DNA from: Agriterribacter sp.
GTDB taxonomy: Bacteria; Bacteroidota; Bacteroidia; Chitinophagales; Chitinophagaceae
Direction: 5' to 3'
Assembly: GCF_035444585.1 (NCBI RefSeq)
Contig: NZ_DAOMOZ010000001.1
Location: forward strand, 1,618 to 65,617
DNA: 64,000 nucleotides
The position numbers and the translations under genes were made by a program. Below are positions 60,517 to 64,000 of this stretch, in pieces (position 1 is the first letter of the stretch; each line of letters opens with the position of its first letter). The notes under the pieces were generated by a model. That model was not told the origin of the DNA, made no database searches, and saw only the letters and a program-made list of their open reading frames with translations.

Positions 60517-61197
60517 ATGGAAGAATGGAAAAACGATGATGAACTGTTTGCGCTGATCCGCAGTGAATTGTTTACTGCGGTTGTTGGAGATATCCTGGAC
60601 AAGCTTGGCTACCTGCACCAGTTTTTACCGCCGGCGCTTCGTCCTTTACATGATAAAATGGTGATGGTGGGAAGGGCAATGACGGTTTTAGAAGCCGATA
60701 TAGATCAGATCAGTGACAGCCGCTTATTAAAAAAACCTTTCGGTTTAATGCTCGAGGCGCTCGACGATCTAAAAAAGAATGAAGTATATATCTGCTCGGG
60801 CGCATCTCCTACCTATGCCCTGTGGGGTGAATTAATGGCTACTCGGGCCAGGTTGCTCGGTGCTGCAGGCGCGGTAGTAGATGGTTATTCAAGAGATACG
60901 TCGGGCATACTGGCAATGGAGTTCCCCTGTTTTTCCTATGGCGGATATGCGCAGGACCAGGAACCCCGGGGAAAAGTGGTGAACTACAGAGTCCCTATTC
61001 ATTGCGGGCAGGTGTTGATAGAACCGGGAGATATTGTATTCGGCGATCGCGACGGGGTATGTGTTATCCCTCAAAAGGTAGAGCGCGAAGTGCTGGTGAA
61101 AGCCTTTGAAAAGGCGAGAGCGGAGAAAATGGTGAAGACGAAAATAGAAGAGGGGATGAACGCCTGCGATGCGTTTTCCAAATATGGAGTAATATGA
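60517..61197 (+). CDS. RraA/HMG-aldolase family protein
   Basis: TAVVGDILD, GRAMT, WGELM, DGYSRD and GDRDGV motifs. Confidence 0.87.
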   Translation: MEEWKNDDELFALIRSELFTAVVGDILDKLGYLHQFLPPALRPLHDKMVMVGRAMTVLEADIDQISDSRLLKKPFGLMLEALDDLKKNEVYICSGASPTYALWGELMATRARLLGAAGAVVDGYSRDTSGILAMEFPCFSYGGYAQDQEPRGKVVNYRVPIHCGQVLIEPGDIVFGDRDGVCVIPQKVEREVLVKAFEKARAEKMVKTKIEEGMNACDAFSKYGVI

Positions 61198-62000
61198 TGC
61201 AACAAACGGATTTAAGTATGGATTTGAAAGGAACCAATATTTTAATTACAGGAGGAGGCGGATACGGCGTGGCAAGCGGTATATGCCAGGCGCTTTCGCA
61301 GTTGGGTGCCCGTTTAATAATAAATGAGCCCACTGAAGAAAAGCTGGATGCTGTTATGAAGCGGTATCCCGATGCAGTTCCCGCGCCTGCGGATATCAGC
61401 AAGCCGGAAGAGGTTAAAGTGATGTTTGATCGCCTGGGCAGGGAAGTAGGCACGATCCACGGGTTGGTCAACAATGCAGGTATAGGGCTGAGCAGGCTTG
61501 CGCATGAGGCAAGCGAGGAGGAGTTCGACCATCTTTATCGTGTTGATATAAAAGGTGTCTGGATAATGTCGGGATATTTTGTGCGTCAGTTGTTGAATAA
61601 TAAAGCAGAAGGCAATATCGTAAATGTATCCTCCGTACATGCCCGTTCCACCATGGCAAGATATGCTATATATGCCGGGGCCAAAGCGGCGGTAGAAGGA
61701 CTGACCCGCGGAATGGCGGTTGAGCTGGGAATGTACGGCATCAGGGTGAATGCGATCGCTCCCGGGTATGTGCATGCGGAACAGAATTATGCGCTGATCG
61801 GTACCTGGACCAATGATCCCCACGGGTGGATCAGGCATTATATTGAAAATGAACAGGCCATTCCCCGTGCGGTTGATCCGCTGGATTGTGGTCATGTAGC
61901 CGCTTTTTTATTATCCGGCTTAAGCCGCTCTGTTACCGGTCAAACCATATATGTTGACAATGGGGATACGATCAAGCTAACAGGCGCTATGCCGGCATAG
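61194..62000 (+). CDS. Short-chain dehydrogenase/reductase
   Basis: TGGGGYG, NNAG, SSVH, YAGAK and TGQTIYVDNG. Confidence 0.9.
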   Translation: MMQQTDLSMDLKGTNILITGGGGYGVASGICQALSQLGARLIINEPTEEKLDAVMKRYPDAVPAPADISKPEEVKVMFDRLGREVGTIHGLVNNAGIGLSRLAHEASEEEFDHLYRVDIKGVWIMSGYFVRQLLNNKAEGNIVNVSSVHARSTMARYAIYAGAKAAVEGLTRGMAVELGMYGIRVNAIAPGYVHAEQNYALIGTWTNDPHGWIRHYIENEQAIPRAVDPLDCGHVAAFLLSGLSRSVTGQTIYVDNGDTIKLTGAMPA

Positions 62001-62049
62001 CAGCATTGAACAGGAAAAATTATAAGATCAACAAAAGTTTATTCAGTTA

Positions 62050-63180
62050 ATGAAAATTTCCAGTATTACCTGTTATGAAGTAATTGTTCCTGCCCGGCCG
62101 GATACCATCAACAGCGCATCGCTCAACAAGCCGCTGCATAAATTACCGGTAGGCTCCAAAGGCGGATGGAGCGTGCAGTTCGACAGGCTTCCCAAGCTGA
62201 TCGTCCGTATGGAACTGAGCACGGGTATCGTTGGATGGGGTGAGCTGTACCGGAATCACGACTGGCGGATCGTGGAAGATATGATCGGGGTGTTGCTGGG
62301 TAAGGATCTCAATACGCTGATCATCCAAAAGCTTCCCTTTAACTTTTGCAGGGAGTATGATGGTTTTGAGTGTGCCGTATGGGATGCTTATGCCAAAGCG
62401 CACAACATGCGCGTGGCAGATCTTTTAGGCGGTCCGCTGAAAGAAAAGGTAAAAGTAGGCGCATGGTCGGGCCACCGGCTCGTGGAAGAGATCGGTGAAA
62501 TGGTAAGCCGTTTTGCAGCGCGGGGATATGATTGTATCAAGTTTAAATGCGACCTGGAAGATGACGTGGTAAAATGGTGCAAAGTGATTGCAGATGCTGC
62601 TCCTTCCATGAAGGTGATCCTTGACCCCAATGAAAGATGGGACCATGCTTTTGAAGCGCGTAAAAGGATTGAGTCGTTAAATAAGATCGGCAATCTTTTA
62701 TGTGTGGAAGAACCGGTTCCGCGCTGGCAGCTTGACGAATATGCTTCCCTGCGTGCCTTCAGCCCGGTTCCGATCGTGCTGCATGTGTCGCTTCCTTATG
62801 TGCTGCATGGCCAGCGGATAAAAGATGCGATCCAGGCCATCCGGCTGAGCGCTGTAGATGCTTTCAACTTTAACTGCGGTCTGGCCGATTTCCAACGGCT
62901 GGATCATATTGCTTCTGCCGCCGGGATGCCTTGCTGGCATGGATCGGAGATAGATCTGGGTATCCTGGAAGCCATGTACGTACACAGCTCTGCCGCTGCG
63001 GCTTCCTGTACCTGGCCTGGCGATATTTTTGGAAGGATGATCAGGGAGCACGACCTGCTCAAAGCTCCCCTTCAGTTTGAACCGCCCTACGTGAGGCTGC
63101 CCGAAGGCCCCGGACTGGGCGTAGAGCCCGATGAATATGCTTTAAAACATTATCAGATCAATCAAAAAGAATTCCATTGA
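62050..63180 (+). CDS. Enolase-superfamily (mandelate racemase/MLE-like) enzyme
   Basis: GWGE, A.WD..AK, KFK, DPNE, VEEP and PEGPGLGVE motifs. Confidence 0.88.
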   Translation: MKISSITCYEVIVPARPDTINSASLNKPLHKLPVGSKGGWSVQFDRLPKLIVRMELSTGIVGWGELYRNHDWRIVEDMIGVLLGKDLNTLIIQKLPFNFCREYDGFECAVWDAYAKAHNMRVADLLGGPLKEKVKVGAWSGHRLVEEIGEMVSRFAARGYDCIKFKCDLEDDVVKWCKVIADAAPSMKVILDPNERWDHAFEARKRIESLNKIGNLLCVEEPVPRWQLDEYASLRAFSPVPIVLHVSLPYVLHGQRIKDAIQAIRLSAVDAFNFNCGLADFQRLDHIASAAGMPCWHGSEIDLGILEAMYVHSSAAAASCTWPGDIFGRMIREHDLLKAPLQFEPPYVRLPEGPGLGVEPDEYALKHYQINQKEFH

Positions 63181-64000
63181 ATACAAACCCTTTTTCCGGA
63201 CACGACAGCGACCGGCGCGCCATATGGGATATGCTGGTATACCGCGATATCATGGCTTTTTTGCAGGAAGACTGGGCTATGGTGGCGGATGATTTTATAG
63301 AAGACGGCTTTATCGGCCTGGATGCCGGGCGCATCGGAAACCCTGACGCGTGGAGACTGGGCTTTCCTACTTTAAATGCTTACCGGGAAGAATGGCTGCG
63401 GCAGGCAGCGGAGTTTAAAACACTGGCATGGGGAGAAGATATTGAAGCTGCTATGTTCCGGGTTACCGTGCTGCGCGATGTAGAGATAAAAGAAAACGTT
63501 GCCGTAGTGCACAAGAAATTTTTCGGCAGTATTGTAAAAGCAGACGGAAGCCTGCAGCCCATGAACTGGCAAACGCTTTACTATTGCCGCAAAGTGAACC
63601 ACGCATGGAAGATCACCGGCTTTACAGGCTATATGCCCCACTTTATAGGAGAGACCAGTCAAACGGAACGCCTGATAAAATTACCGTCCGGTGCCGGGCA
63701 GCACCAAACTGCCGGGCCTTATTCGCCTGTGCTGGAAATTGATCCGGGAAAGCTGGTGGTGCTGTCGGGGCAGGCAGCTATTGACCCCAACGGGAATGTT
63801 GTGGGAAATACGATTGAAGAACAGGCTGCTTATACCATGGACAATTGTCTCAGGCAATTGATAAGCACCGGGTGTGGATTTAATGATGTATTTAAAGTGA
63901 ATGTGTATTTGAAAAACCTCGAAGATTGGCCCCGGTTCAATGAGGTGTACCGGGAATATTTTACTGGTACGCTTCCCGTGCGAACAGCGCTCAAAGCAGG
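63177..64000 (+). CDS. NTF2/SnoaL-like domain fused to a RidA (YjgF/YER057c/UK114) domain; runs off the window end, absent from the ORF track
   Basis: Manual translation from TTG: MNTNPFSGHDSDRRAIWDMLV...WKITGFTGYMP then GPYSP...SGQ...IEEQ...KVNVYL...FNEVYREYF...PVRT. Confidence 0.8.
   Translation, partial: MNTNPFSGHDSDRRAIWDMLVYRDIMAFLQEDWAMVADDFIEDGFIGLDAGRIGNPDAWRLGFPTLNAYREEWLRQAAEFKTLAWGEDIEAAMFRVTVLRDVEIKENVAVVHKKFFGSIVKADGSLQPMNWQTLYYCRKVNHAWKITGFTGYMPHFIGETSQTERLIKLPSGAGQHQTAGPYSPVLEIDPGKLVVLSGQAAIDPNGNVVGNTIEEQAAYTMDNCLRQLISTGCGFNDVFKVNVYLKNLEDWPRFNEVYREYFTGTLPVRTALKA

Noticed and set aside
60517-61197. RNase E inhibitor or menaquinone methyltransferase role for the RraA-like gene
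   Set aside because: Catabolic context and the retained DG..RD motif favour an aldolase.

Overview
A 64-kb chromosomal window from a Bacteroidota genome, probably Chitinophagaceae. This assignment is inferred from SusC/SusD pairs, TAnnTTTG -7 promoter boxes and gene content. The window holds: a redox module (OYE, SDR, pirin); an L-rhamnose operon with a fused aldolase/dehydrogenase; envelope genes (L,D-transpeptidase, RlpA, OmpA, LolA, BON and SH3 proteins); housekeeping genes (truA, guaB, dprA, ubiX, ftsK, def, rnz, rpiA); and two SusC/SusD loci. I saw no rRNA, tRNA, CRISPR array or transposase. The most unusual signals are: (1) a SatD-like nucleotide-cyclase-fold/HTH gene coupled to a His-rich DUF3307 membrane gene, directly behind three identical 20-bp palindromes at a 29-bp period; (2) three related minus-strand sRNA-like units between dprA and a thioredoxin gene, each with a UUUUCAUAGGAUA motif complementary to ...CUAUGAAAA start-codon regions and its own terminator; (3) an AraC-linked SusC/D locus with no recognisable CAZyme but with redox, aldolase, enolase-superfamily and NTF2-RidA genes. 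All calls come from reading motifs by eye; no database searches were run.
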